In this document: piece by piece, positions 37,460 to 46,661 of the stretch
Position numbering within the stretch: the stretch's first letter is position 1
Layout: every line of letters begins with the position of its first letter
From: Dehalococcoidia bacterium
GTDB taxonomy: Bacteria; Chloroflexota; Dehalococcoidia; Lucifugimonadales; JAGWBF01
Length of the DNA: 64,000 bases
Assembly (NCBI GenBank): GCA_965247055.1
Contig: CBDFGE010000001.1
Coordinates: 145,956-209,955 of the forward strand
Direction: 5' to 3'
Notes under the pieces: generated by a model
What the model was told of the DNA's origin: nothing
Databases searched by the model: none
Seen by the model: the letters and a program-made list of their open reading frames with translations, nothing else
Made by a program: the position numbers and the translations under genes

Positions 37460-38782
37460 CTAGTATATGGGCGTGCTGGGCCCCATGGCCTCCAGGTATC
37501 CCTTTACCGACTGGAGAAAGGCCCCCGCTTCCGCCCCATCGGTAATACGATGGTCAAAGGCGAGGCACAGGTTCATGATGGAGCGTATAGCGATGGCGTC
37601 GCCCACCACGACGGGCCTCTTCCGGACTGCCTCGGAGGTCAGGATTGCAGCCTGGGGATAGTTGATGATGGGCTGGGAGACGACCGAGCCAAGAGCGCCG
37701 GTGTTGTTCACGGTGAAGGTGCCTCCCTGCACGTCCTCAAGGGTCAACTTGCCCTCGCGGGCCCTGCGGGTCAGCTCCCGCGCCGCCTTGGCCATGCCCG
37801 CCACGCTCAGAGAGTCGGCATGGTGAATGACCGGGACCACCAGGCCCTCCGGGGCCGCAACGGCGATGCCGATATGGACGCGCCTCTTCAGAATAACTCT
37901 GTCGCCACCCCATGTGGAGTTCAGCAGAGGATGCCCTTTAAGGGAGCCCGCCACGGCCTTGATAACGAAGGGGAGGTAGGTAAGCTCGGCCCCCTCCCGG
38001 CGCAGGAACTCTTCCTTTAGCGTCTCCCGGCACCGCACCAGCTCGCTCAAGTCGGCCTCCACTATGCTCCATGCATGGGGAATCTCGGTGACACTCTTGA
38101 CCATGCGTTGGGCGATCATGCGTCTCACGGGGCTGAGGGGCAGCGACTCCTCTTCGGGGCCCACCGCCTCGGACGATCGACGCCCCTCTACGCCAGAGAC
38201 AGCCCCAGGAGCCGCCGCTACGGGCCCTCGGGCGTCCAGGTAGCCCAACACGTCGTTCCTGGTGATGCGGCCGTCGGAGCCCGTGCCCCGGACGCTATCC
38301 AGGTCAACGCTGTGCTCCCGGGCGAGCCGGCGCACAGTAGGAGAGTACCGGCCCCGAGCCGCGGGCGCCTCCTCCCCCGGCCTGGAAAAAACCAGCACGT
38401 CCTCCTCCACTCCCCCACCCGTGGGGCCGACGGGTTTGACGTTCGTTACCAGGTAGCCTATGGTGCTCGCCCTGGCGGGTGACCTCTCCGGCGTGGAAGG
38501 GACCTGGGCCGGCGTGGGGGTCCCGGCCGGCTGCGTGTCGGTCTCCGTTGTCTCTACTTCGGCTATGGGGGTACCCATGGGCACCGTGGCCCCCTCCTCA
38601 ACCAGGATGCGGGACAACACCCCAGCGACGGGAGAGGGGACCTCCATGGTTACCTTATCGGTGACAACCTCCACCAGGGGCTCGTACTTCGCCAGGACGT
38701 CGCCGGGCCTTTTCAACCACCTGGCGATTATCCCCTCCACCACAGACTCACCGACATGGGGGAGGTCCACGATTATGGCCAT
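37460..38782 (-). CDS. dihydrolipoamide acyltransferase (E2) of a 2-oxoacid dehydrogenase complex
   Basis: Lipoyl domain (VEVVTDKVTMEVPSP), an E3-binding region (SPTVRRLAREHSVDL), and a catalytic domain ending DHRITDGAEAGAFL. Confidence 0.92.
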   Translation of the reverse strand: MAIIVDLPHVGESVVEGIIARWLKRPGDVLAKYEPLVEVVTDKVTMEVPSPVAGVLSRILVEEGATVPMGTPIAEVETTETDTQPAGTPTPAQVPSTPERSPARASTIGYLVTNVKPVGPTGGGVEEDVLVFSRPGEEAPAARGRYSPTVRRLAREHSVDLDSVRGTGSDGRITRNDVLGYLDARGPVAAAPGAVSGVEGRRSSEAVGPEEESLPLSPVRRMIAQRMVKSVTEIPHAWSIVEADLSELVRCRETLKEEFLRREGAELTYLPFVIKAVAGSLKGHPLLNSTWGGDRVILKRRVHIGIAVAAPEGLVVPVIHHADSLSVAGMAKAARELTRRAREGKLTLEDVQGGTFTVNNTGALGSVVSQPIINYPQAAILTSEAVRKRPVVVGDAIAIRSIMNLCLAFDHRITDGAEAGAFLQSVKGYLEAMGPSTPIY

Positions 38783-38833
38783 CTCACCATCCTCAGATGC
38801 CTGACTACTACTCAGTCAACTCAAAATTGTTGG

Positions 38834-38927
38834 ATGTCATTCTGAGCCGAAGCGAAGAATCTGGAGTAGGCGGGGGTAGTCCCTCACTTCCAGATTCTTC
38901 GGTCGCTGCGCTCCCTCCGAATGACAC
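38834..38927. repeat. imperfect hairpin repeat element (GTCATTC...GAATGAC termini) in the E1beta-E2 intergenic spacer
   Basis: Arms 38836..38864 and 38890..38925 pair GTCATTC with GAATGAC and GAAGAATCTGG with CCAGATTCTTC. Confidence 0.6.
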
Positions 38928-38953
38928 GCTACCGAAATCCTGTTGACAAGGTA

Positions 38954-39937
38954 CTAGTAGGACGCCAGCTTCCGCAGGGCGGCAGCGATCTTCCCTGTAT
39001 CGGGCAGGTAGGCTTCCTCCAGGGTGGGAGCAAAGGGCATTGTGGGAATGTCGGGTCCGCATAGCCTGGTGATGGGCGCGTCCAGGTACTCAAAGGCCTC
39101 CTCGGCCAGAAGGGCGGCCACCTCCGCGCCGACGCCGCCCGTAATGTTGTCCTCGTGGACGACCAGGGCCTTGCCCGTCTTCTTCACCGAGCCCAGGATA
39201 GTCTCCCTGTCCAGGGGTTTGAGGGTACGCAGGTCGATCACCTCTACGCTGACTCCCTCTCCCTCCAAGTGGGCCGCCGCCGCCAGGCAGTAATGCACCA
39301 TCAGCCCGTAGGTCACCACGGTAACATCGCTGCCGTCGCGTTTCACGTCGGCGACCCCGATGGGAAGGCAGTAGTCCTCCTCGGGGACCTCCCCACGAAC
39401 CAGCCTGTAGCTCTTCTTGTGCTCCACGAAGACCACGGGGCTATTGTCCCTGATGGAAGACTTGAGGAGCCCCTTGGCATCGTAGGGCGTCGAGGGGGCG
39501 ACCACCTTGAGTCCAGGGGTATGGAAGAAGTAGGCCTCCACATTCTGGGAGTGGTACAGCCCGCCCCGGATACCGCCCCCATAGGGTATACGCACGACCA
39601 GAGGCACGGAGAGGGCGCCGTTGGTCCCGTAGCACACCCTGGCTGCCTCACCGATGAGCTGGTTGGCTGCGGGCCAGATGAAGTCTGCGAACTCTACCTC
39701 GGCGATAGGCCGCAGGCCCCTGAAGGCCGCCCCCTGGGCTATACCGACGATAGACGCCTCGGCCAGAGGAGTATCGATGACCCTCTCCTCGCCGAACTCC
39801 TCGAGGAAGCCCTGGGTCGCCAGGAAGACCCCGCCCCGCTTACCCACGTCTTCGCCCATGATGAAGACATCCCGGTCCCGCTTCATCTCCTCGTACATCG
39901 CCTCTCGCACGGCCTCTAGCAAGCTCTTGACGGCCAA
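38954..39937 (-). CDS. 2-oxoacid dehydrogenase E1 component, beta subunit
   Basis: 327 aa transketolase-like pyrimidine-binding and C-terminal domains. Typical start (REAMYEEMKRDRDVFIMGEDVG). Confidence 0.93.
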   Translation of the reverse strand: MAVKSLLEAVREAMYEEMKRDRDVFIMGEDVGKRGGVFLATQGFLEEFGEERVIDTPLAEASIVGIAQGAAFRGLRPIAEVEFADFIWPAANQLIGEAARVCYGTNGALSVPLVVRIPYGGGIRGGLYHSQNVEAYFFHTPGLKVVAPSTPYDAKGLLKSSIRDNSPVVFVEHKKSYRLVRGEVPEEDYCLPIGVADVKRDGSDVTVVTYGLMVHYCLAAAAHLEGEGVSVEVIDLRTLKPLDRETILGSVKKTGKALVVHEDNITGGVGAEVAALLAEEAFEYLDAPITRLCGPDIPTMPFAPTLEEAYLPDTGKIAAALRKLASY

Positions 39938-39969
39938 AGTTCCTCCCTCAGCTCGCTCAGCGCGGACCC

Positions 39970-40998
39970 CTACCGGGCATAGACGTGATCGTACACCGTG
40001 GAAGGGTCGGGGTAGGGCGCGGCCTCGGCGTCGTTGGTGGCCCGGTCCACCTCCTGCCGGGTCTCTTCACCAATCTCCTCATCTCGCTCCGCGGTAAGGA
40101 GCCCCGCGTCCACCAGGTAGGAGCGGAGCAGCAGGATGGGATCTCGTTTCCTGGCCTCCTCGACCTCCCCCTTGGAGCGGTACCTACGGTCGTCATCGTC
40201 GGTGGTATGGGGCATGAAACGCTCCACCTTCATCTCCAGCAGGACCGGCCCCTGGGCACGGGCGTGCTCGATCGCCCCTTTGGTGGTCTCGTAGGCCTCA
40301 AAGAAGTCCATGCCGTCTACCACGAAGCCGGGAAAGCCATAGGCTGCGGCCCGATCGGCCACGTCGGGGATAGCCATCTGCATGGACAGGGGGACCGAAA
40401 TAGCGTACCTGTTGTTCTCGCAGACGAACACCACGGGCAGCCGGTGCACTCCGGCGAAGTTCATCGCCTCATGGCACTCACCTTCGCTGGAGCCGCCGTC
40501 CCCGAAGTAGCACAGGACCACGGTAGCCTCCCCCTTGATCTTACACCCCAGGGCATAGCCCACCGCCTGGGTCAGCCCCGACGAGACTACGTTGGAGATA
40601 TTGATGATCCTGTTTTTCAGGTCGGCTCCCTGGAGGGGAAACTGCCTCCCGCCGCTGTAGGGCGCCCCATCCTTCCCCATGAAGGAGAGCATCGTTTCCA
40701 GAGGGGTCAAGCCCGCGGCCATCTTGAGGGATAGGTCCCGGTAGTAGGGGAAAAGGAAGTAGTCCCCGTCCTTTTGGGCTGCAAGCAGGCTTCCCAGCTG
40801 GGCCCCCTCGTGTCCCTGACACGAGGCCGCGATGGGTACCTTGCCCTGGCGGTTCAGAGCCCAGATGCGCTCATCGAGGGTCCGGGCAAGGACCATCTTC
40901 CTGTAGGAGTCGGTGACCTCGCCGGCGGACAGTTCCAGGCGCTGATGCTTGGGGAGGACTTGGCTCCCGGCGGGAGCCTTCTGCCTGGTCTGAGCCAT
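39970..40998 (-). CDS. 2-oxoacid dehydrogenase E1 component, alpha subunit (TPP-dependent)
   Basis: The TPP motif YFGDGGSSEGECHEAMNFA...ENNRYAIS is present. The start is set at ATG 40998, behind GGGAGGG. Confidence 0.9.
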   Translation of the reverse strand: MAQTRQKAPAGSQVLPKHQRLELSAGEVTDSYRKMVLARTLDERIWALNRQGKVPIAASCQGHEGAQLGSLLAAQKDGDYFLFPYYRDLSLKMAAGLTPLETMLSFMGKDGAPYSGGRQFPLQGADLKNRIINISNVVSSGLTQAVGYALGCKIKGEATVVLCYFGDGGSSEGECHEAMNFAGVHRLPVVFVCENNRYAISVPLSMQMAIPDVADRAAAYGFPGFVVDGMDFFEAYETTKGAIEHARAQGPVLLEMKVERFMPHTTDDDDRRYRSKGEVEEARKRDPILLLRSYLVDAGLLTAERDEEIGEETRQEVDRATNDAEAAPYPDPSTVYDHVYAR

Positions 40999-41050
40999 TC
41001 GTCCCTCCCGTCGGGCTCCCGCGGGCCCTCCCACAGATCGCCCACCGGCC

Positions 41051-43447
41051 TTACCCGGCCCCCATCGTCTCCAGCGCCCCGAAGCAGGCCATCATTATGC
41101 TGTCGACGTCGATCCCGTGCTCCCGGTACAGGTCCTGCAAGGCGCCCGACTGTCCGAAGTCGGACACACCCAGGGGAAAGGCCCTGGCACCCAGAAAGCC
41201 GCCTATCCACGCCAGTGTGTGGGGATGGCCATCAAGCACGGTAACCACGGGGGCCGCCCGCTCACCGGGGGACAGGAGGTCCCCGATGCTGTCTGCGTTC
41301 CCCCGCCCCCTCATGGCCATCGAGGCCCACTCCTGGAGCCGCCGGAACAGCAGGTCGGAGGAGGTAACGTTGATCACGTTGGCGTACACGCCCTCCCTGG
41401 CTATGGCCCCACTTGCTTCGACCGCCTCGGGGATCATGGCGCCGCTGGAGAAGATGTGGACCACGTTCTCCCCAGGCTTGTATCCCGGTTCTCTGCTCCG
41501 GTCCAGCAGCCGGTACGCCCCACCCAAGACCTGCTGTCGAAGTAGCTCCCTTTGACCGTCGTCTTCGGGAAGGGAGAACAGCCCCTGGTCCACGCGCTTC
41601 GTTGTCAGCCGCAGGTAGAAGGACTCCTTGCGCAGGCGGATCTGCTCCAGTCCGTGGAGCACGATCCACTCCAGCTCCTGGCCGAAACAGGGCTCGCAGA
41701 AGGTGATGCCGGGCATCTCGAGGCCGATGGAGGGGGTGATGACGGACTGGTGGGCTCCCCCTTCCCGGCTCAGAGTTATCCCAGAAGGCGTGCCCGTCAC
41801 CATAAACCGGGCCCCTACATACGTGTTGTAGAGACAGGCCTCCAGGGCCCGGCACACAAAAGGGTCGTAAAGGGTCCCTATGGGGAATATCAGCTCTCCC
41901 GACATCTCGTACGCCAGGCCCAACTGCCCCAGCAGCATGAACAGATTGTTCTCGGAGATGCCCAGCTCAATGTGCTGCCCCTGTGGGCTCTCCTCCCATC
42001 GCAGCGTCCTGGCGACTCCATCCTCGGGAAGGCGCTCCTTCTCCTGGTGGCTCCACACTCCTACCTTGTTTATCCAGCCCCCCAGGTTGGTGGAGCTTGC
42101 AACGTCCGGGCTGGCGGTCACTATCCTTTGCGCCACCTCGGGAAGCTCCCAGGCTATGTCGGTCAGGATCCTGCCGAAAGCCTGTTGGGTCGACATCTTA
42201 CCCTGATAGGTGCGCCCCAAGCTGGTTGGAAGTCTCGCGCTATCGGAGGGACCTCTGGAGCTCACCCGTGGGCGGAGGCGCTGGCCAACCTCGGAGCAGA
42301 AACGCCCCTCCGGGCTATCGGGGGCAAATCCCGACCAGACCTCTTCCTCGTCGATCCCGAGACCGGCACGTAGCCCGTCCATGTCGGCCTGGGACAGCAC
42401 CACCGAATGGTTCTGGGGATCTCCTATGACGGGAAGCCGCCAGCCCTTCAGGGTATACGCGAATACGACGCTGGGCTGCCTCGCCGCGTCCGCCTCGGAG
42501 AATGCCTTGCGGAGGATGGTAAAGTCGTGTCCCCCCAGGTTCTGGAAAGTGTCCCTCAGCTCCTCGTCATTCCACTGGCTGATGAGATTCCGGATGTCGC
42601 CGGAGTGGTCGCTATAGCTGGGCAGCAGCTCCCGCAGCGCTTCCGACGGTAGCCGCAACAGCCGCTGGTAGGCCTCGTTGGACATGTCGTCGATACACTG
42701 GCGCAGCAGGTGCCCCTTGGGTTGCGCGAAGGCCGCCTCGAGTCGAGAGCCGTACTTCGCGTCGATCACACGCCAGCCATTGGCCGAGAACATCTCCCGC
42801 CATAGCTGGACCCGGACTCCCGGAATGACCCTGTCCAGACTTTGTCGGTTGAGATCGACCACCCACAGGACGTTGGGGAGGTCGTGGAGGTGCTGCTCTA
42901 CGATGGTCTCCCACACCGAGCCCTCGTCCAACTCCGCATCGCCGATCAGGGCGATGTACTTGTGTTTCGGCTCCAGCCGGCCCCACTCGTGGCCCAGTAT
43001 ATATCGCTCCGTCAGGGCCGCGAAGTTGGGAGCTATCGCCCCCAACCCCACGGACCCGGTGGAGAAGTCCACCGGATCGGGGTCCTTGGTACGGCTGGGA
43101 TAGGACTGGAGCCCATGGAACTCCCGCAACGTCTTCAGATACTTCTGGTCGAGGTTCCCCAGGAGATACTGAATGGCGTGGAAGACGGGCGAGGCATGAG
43201 GTTTGACGGCGATGCGGTCTCCCGGCTGCATGTATTCGAAGAACAGGGACGTTAGGATGGTAAGCACCGAAGCGCAGGACGCCTGATGTCCCCCCACTTT
43301 TATGCCGTCGGGGTTGGGGCGCACACTGTTGGCATGGTGGATCATCTGCGTGGACAGCCACAGGAGCCGTTCCTGGACCCTGGCCAGCATATCGTCCTTG
43401 CCCTGGAGTGTTCCTATGGCCTGGTCTGAGGCGGGAGTTACCACCAT
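41051..43447 (-). CDS. homodimeric-type 2-oxoacid (pyruvate) dehydrogenase E1 / transketolase-like TPP enzyme (AceE-like)
   Basis: 798 aa. IKVGGHQASCASVLTILTSLFF, IALIGDAELDEGSVWE (TPP GDG-type motif) and transketolase-like central and C-terminal domains. Confidence 0.82.
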   Translation of the reverse strand: MVVTPASDQAIGTLQGKDDMLARVQERLLWLSTQMIHHANSVRPNPDGIKVGGHQASCASVLTILTSLFFEYMQPGDRIAVKPHASPVFHAIQYLLGNLDQKYLKTLREFHGLQSYPSRTKDPDPVDFSTGSVGLGAIAPNFAALTERYILGHEWGRLEPKHKYIALIGDAELDEGSVWETIVEQHLHDLPNVLWVVDLNRQSLDRVIPGVRVQLWREMFSANGWRVIDAKYGSRLEAAFAQPKGHLLRQCIDDMSNEAYQRLLRLPSEALRELLPSYSDHSGDIRNLISQWNDEELRDTFQNLGGHDFTILRKAFSEADAARQPSVVFAYTLKGWRLPVIGDPQNHSVVLSQADMDGLRAGLGIDEEEVWSGFAPDSPEGRFCSEVGQRLRPRVSSRGPSDSARLPTSLGRTYQGKMSTQQAFGRILTDIAWELPEVAQRIVTASPDVASSTNLGGWINKVGVWSHQEKERLPEDGVARTLRWEESPQGQHIELGISENNLFMLLGQLGLAYEMSGELIFPIGTLYDPFVCRALEACLYNTYVGARFMVTGTPSGITLSREGGAHQSVITPSIGLEMPGITFCEPCFGQELEWIVLHGLEQIRLRKESFYLRLTTKRVDQGLFSLPEDDGQRELLRQQVLGGAYRLLDRSREPGYKPGENVVHIFSSGAMIPEAVEASGAIAREGVYANVINVTSSDLLFRRLQEWASMAMRGRGNADSIGDLLSPGERAAPVVTVLDGHPHTLAWIGGFLGARAFPLGVSDFGQSGALQDLYREHGIDVDSIMMACFGALETMGAG

Positions 43448-43477
43448 GTCCTCCTTGAGGCGGAGGGGTATACCGCT

Positions 43478-43506
43478 ATTATAATCCCGGTATCGGAATT
43501 CCGTAA
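43478..43506 (-). promoter_or_regulatory. putative sigma70-type promoter for the AceE-like gene (TTACGG-17-TATAAT on the minus strand)
   Basis: The reverse complement of 43501..43506 is TTACGG and of 43478..43483 is TATAAT. The RBS aaggagga precedes the ATG at 43447. Confidence 0.3.
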
Positions 43507-43507
43507 A

Positions 43508-43526
43508 CGGCGCCCATCCGGCGCCG
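43508..43526 (-). terminator. possible weak intrinsic terminator after the LLM gene
   Basis: A 7-bp GC stem (CGGCGCC/GGCGCCG) with a 5-nt loop, followed on the minus strand by only TTTA. Confidence 0.25.
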
Positions 43527-43594
43527 GGCTCTTTGCCTGAGCAGCCTTGGGCCGGGACGAAAGAAGCGGAGTCGTGGTCCAGGCTTCCGTGGCG

Positions 43595-44569
43595 TCACCC
43601 TCCAGCGGACTGGGCGGCCCGGCCCAGCAACCGCAGGGTCCGCTCCAGGGAGGACGCCCGGTCAGCCCCGGCAGCTATGGGCGATGCAAGGACCTCCGTG
43701 GCTCCCAAGGCGAAGAGCCCCTCGATCTTCCCGGCCACGGTGGACTCGTCGCCCGACAGAGCAGTCGCCTCTATCATGGCGTCGCTCCACGTCCCGCTGG
43801 ACGCCTCGGGGAAACCCGCCGCGGCGAACATCCGCTGGTAGAAGGGGAGCCGTGGGTTCATGACCTGCTCACTTATGGCGGCCCGTACCTCGGCAGGGTC
43901 ATCGTGGACGCACACGGGGGCGTGGGCTATCAGGGGCGGCACCGGACGGTTAGCCCCTGCCGCCCCCACCCTCAGGGCCGGCAGGGCAACGTCCCTCAGG
44001 TACGCGCCGGGGCATACCCAGCTAATGGCCCCCTCCGCTTCGGCTCCACACAGCTCGAACGACCGGGGTTGGAGGGCCGAGGCCATTACCGGAACATCCA
44101 CCGGCACCCCGATGCGGGCATGGGCCTTGTAGTAGCGCCCGTCGAAGTCCACCGATCCCGTATGCAGTAGCTCCTTGAGGATGTGCAGGTACTCCCGCAG
44201 GTGCCCCAGGGGAGCCCGGAACTCCACGCCGAAGGTATCCCGCATGGTGGGCCTGTGGCTGGGGCCCACACCCAGCCGAAAGCGCCCCGGGGCAAGCTGG
44301 GCCAGCACCTGGACCTGGTGCGCCATTACCACGGGATGGCGGGGGAAGGTCGGCACAATGGCCGTCCCAAGCAGGATCCGCTCCGTGCGCACCGCAGCCG
44401 CGGCGAACAGGGTAAGGGTGTCCAGTCCCGTCCCACCGTAGGTGAGCCACGCCGCCGGGATGCCCAGCTCCTCAGCCCTCGCTATGCCGTCAAGCACGGC
44501 TTTCGTGTCCGGGCCGAATACCGCGACGCCGATCCGCTTAGGGCACAAGCCTCCACCTCCAGCCGCCAT
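43595..44569 (-). CDS. LLM-class (luciferase-like, probably F420- or FMN-dependent) oxidoreductase
   Basis: RIGVAVFG..., LGTAIVPTFPRHPVVMA and GRFRLGVGPSH motifs. The start is set at the internal ATG 44569 and is uncertain. Confidence 0.78.
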   Translation of the reverse strand: MAAGGGGLCPKRIGVAVFGPDTKAVLDGIARAEELGIPAAWLTYGGTGLDTLTLFAAAAVRTERILLGTAIVPTFPRHPVVMAHQVQVLAQLAPGRFRLGVGPSHRPTMRDTFGVEFRAPLGHLREYLHILKELLHTGSVDFDGRYYKAHARIGVPVDVPVMASALQPRSFELCGAEAEGAISWVCPGAYLRDVALPALRVGAAGANRPVPPLIAHAPVCVHDDPAEVRAAISEQVMNPRLPFYQRMFAAAGFPEASSGTWSDAMIEATALSGDESTVAGKIEGLFALGATEVLASPIAAGADRASSLERTLRLLGRAAQSAGG

Positions 44570-44780
44570 CTTGTGGTAGGGCGACCACCATCGTACCCAG
44601 AGCCTATCCCAGGCGGCGCCGGGAGTCAAGTCCCATCCGGGGTCCCCGGCCAGGCCCCGCGACTTGAAAAGTCGGATGCGCACGGTTAAAATAGGCACCC
44701 CAGGGTAGAGCGCACGGCCAAGGTGGGCGTGCACCGCTGTAGGCAGCCGCGAGGGTGAATCCAGGTCACAGGAGGATGCC

Positions 44781-45080
44781 ATGCACGTCAGGATGCTATG
44801 GGGCAGGCTTCGGGTCGGAATGTGGGGCGAGTACGAGCGGTCCTATAACGAGCACATCGAGCCGCTGACCCGGGGGCGCAAGGGGTTCCTTGGCCGGCAG
44901 CTGCTGCGCAGCACCGAGAATCCAGACGAAGGCGCTTCGGTAACCCTGTGGGACTCCTTTGAGGACCTCCAGGCTTACGATAGAAGCGCCGAGCGCCAGG
45001 AGGCGGCCAAGGCGCTGGAGCACCTGTACACCGGAGAATACTGGGTAAGGGTCTTTGAGGTACGGTCTTCCACTATTTAG
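44781..45080 (+). CDS. antibiotic-biosynthesis-monooxygenase (ABM)-like small ferredoxin-fold protein
   Basis: 99 aa. The GFLGRQLLRS...VTLWDSFEDLQAY pattern is typical of the ABM/Dabb fold. Confidence 0.6.
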   Translation: MHVRMLWGRLRVGMWGEYERSYNEHIEPLTRGRKGFLGRQLLRSTENPDEGASVTLWDSFEDLQAYDRSAERQEAAKALEHLYTGEYWVRVFEVRSSTI

Positions 45081-45240
45081 CCGCCGTACCGGGCAGGCCA
45101 TCCAGGCGGTTCGCCGCGCCCCCGGGGCATCACAACCCGGCAAGCCCCGTTTCCGCGTCACCCGCGGTTTGGCGGGTGTCCCTGTCGGGGGCTGCAGCGA
45201 GCAATGAAAAGGGCACGGGGGCGAGGATAAGGAGGGTCTC

Positions 45241-46065
45241 GTGGCTACGTTAGAGGAGCGGTTCCAGAAAGGCCTGGAGATGCGGGCACGCCTGGGAGAG
45301 GGAGAGGGAAGGATTTTCGTAGGCTCAGTGGCGAGCGCCTTCGCGCTGTCCCCGGACATGTACCGCATCTCGACGGAGTGTCTCTACGGTTCTATCTGGA
45401 ACCGGCCCAACCTGGACATCAGGCACCGGGTGATGGCCACGCTGACGGTGGCCGCGGTGCGCTGCGTAGAACCTCAGGTGAGGGCATACATCGCGAACGC
45501 GCTGAACGTCGGCCTGACGCCGGAGGAGATCGTGGAGGTGCTCATGCAGGGCGCCTTCTATGGCGGCATACCCGCCGCCTACAACGCCCTCGGCGTGGCC
45601 AAGGAGATTTTCGAAGAGAGAGGGGTCCAGTTTACGCCCTCGTCTACCTTCGACAGCTCGCTGGACCCGGAGGCCCTTTACGAGAAGGGAGTGGCCAAGC
45701 GGGCTGAGCTGATCCCCGACGTCACGGCCGTCTACTCGATGGAGCTCACCCCCGAGGAGCATGACATGGACCTGCTCATGCACGAATACCTCTGGGGGGC
45801 GATCTGGACCCGGCCCGAGCTGGACATCAAGAGCCGCATCATCTGCGCCCTGTCGGCCCTGGTGGCCCAGGGGCAGTACGATCAGTTCATCCGCCGCATG
45901 ATCGAGGCGGGCCTGCGCAACGGCGTTACCCGCGCGGAAATAATGGAGACCCTCCTGCACCTGTCCTTCTACGTTGGCATGCTGTCGGCGAGGTCCGCCA
46001 TGACCATCGCCAACTCGGTATTCCGGTCCCCCGAGTTCTCCGCACCGGGCAGCCCCGACCGCTAG
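45241..46065 (+). CDS. carboxymuconolactone decarboxylase (CMD/AhpD-like) family protein, two tandem CMD domains
   Basis: The LD.R.R.....A repeat occurs twice, followed each time by PEEIVEVLMQGAFYGGIPAA or RAEIMETLLHLSFYVGM. GTG start behind taaggaggg. Confidence 0.85.
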   Translation: MATLEERFQKGLEMRARLGEGEGRIFVGSVASAFALSPDMYRISTECLYGSIWNRPNLDIRHRVMATLTVAAVRCVEPQVRAYIANALNVGLTPEEIVEVLMQGAFYGGIPAAYNALGVAKEIFEERGVQFTPSSTFDSSLDPEALYEKGVAKRAELIPDVTAVYSMELTPEEHDMDLLMHEYLWGAIWTRPELDIKSRIICALSALVAQGQYDQFIRRMIEAGLRNGVTRAEIMETLLHLSFYVGMLSARSAMTIANSVFRSPEFSAPGSPDR

Positions 46066-46157
46066 CACGCGGGCGTCAGCGCCCTGGGGGCGCGGGCTCT
46101 CGTGGAGAGCCCTGGAACGAGCTTGACTACTCGCCTGCGCCTTCGTACCATAAAGTC

Positions 46158-46640
46158 ATGGGCACTTTCCGAATTGTCATGGAGATAGGTGACAGCCAGG
46201 GGCAGCGTTGGGAAACGCTTCAAGCCCTGGTGGACACGGGCTCCACCTTCACGTGGATACCAAGGGATATCCTGGAGCGTTTGGGTATACAGCCTGAATT
46301 CAGCCAGGAATTCCAAACCGCCGACGGCCGCGTAATCGAACGCGACATGGCCGAGACGCGAGCACGGCTGGACGGCCGGGAGCGTGTCACCATAGTTGTC
46401 TTCGGTGGCGAGGGGGACGTCGTGCTGCTGGGCGCCTACACCTTGGAAGGCTTCTCCCTAGCTCCCGACCCGGTGAACCAGCGGTTGGTGCCGGTGCGAG
46501 GATTGGCCTTGGCCATCGCAACGCCCCTGATCCCCAATCTGCCCCCAGTTTTATGCACACTCCCGCCAGAGCTTCCTGCTAACAACCCATCGATTTCGGC
46601 CTATTGGCAGCTCACTGACACTACGCTAATCTATCTATAG
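46158..46640 (+). CDS. retropepsin-like (clan AA) aspartic protease domain protein
   Basis: LQALVDTGSTFTWIP supplies the DTG active-site motif. Small single-domain size. Confidence 0.62.
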   Translation: MGTFRIVMEIGDSQGQRWETLQALVDTGSTFTWIPRDILERLGIQPEFSQEFQTADGRVIERDMAETRARLDGRERVTIVVFGGEGDVVLLGAYTLEGFSLAPDPVNQRLVPVRGLALAIATPLIPNLPPVLCTLPPELPANNPSISAYWQLTDTTLIYL

Positions 46641-46654
46641 ATAGATTAGCGTAG
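46621..46654. repeat. perfect 34-bp palindrome CTACGCTAATCTATCTA|TAGATAGATTAGCGTAG
   Basis: Read directly: the second half is the exact reverse complement of the first. It spans the stop codon of 46158..46640 and ends 7 nt before the next start. Confidence 0.95.
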
Positions 46655-46661
46655 AAAAGAG

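Noticed and set aside
38808-39062. 84-aa ORF across the E1beta-E2 spacer.
   Set aside because: It is a read-through translation of the hairpin repeat element and overlaps the 3' end of the E1beta gene.
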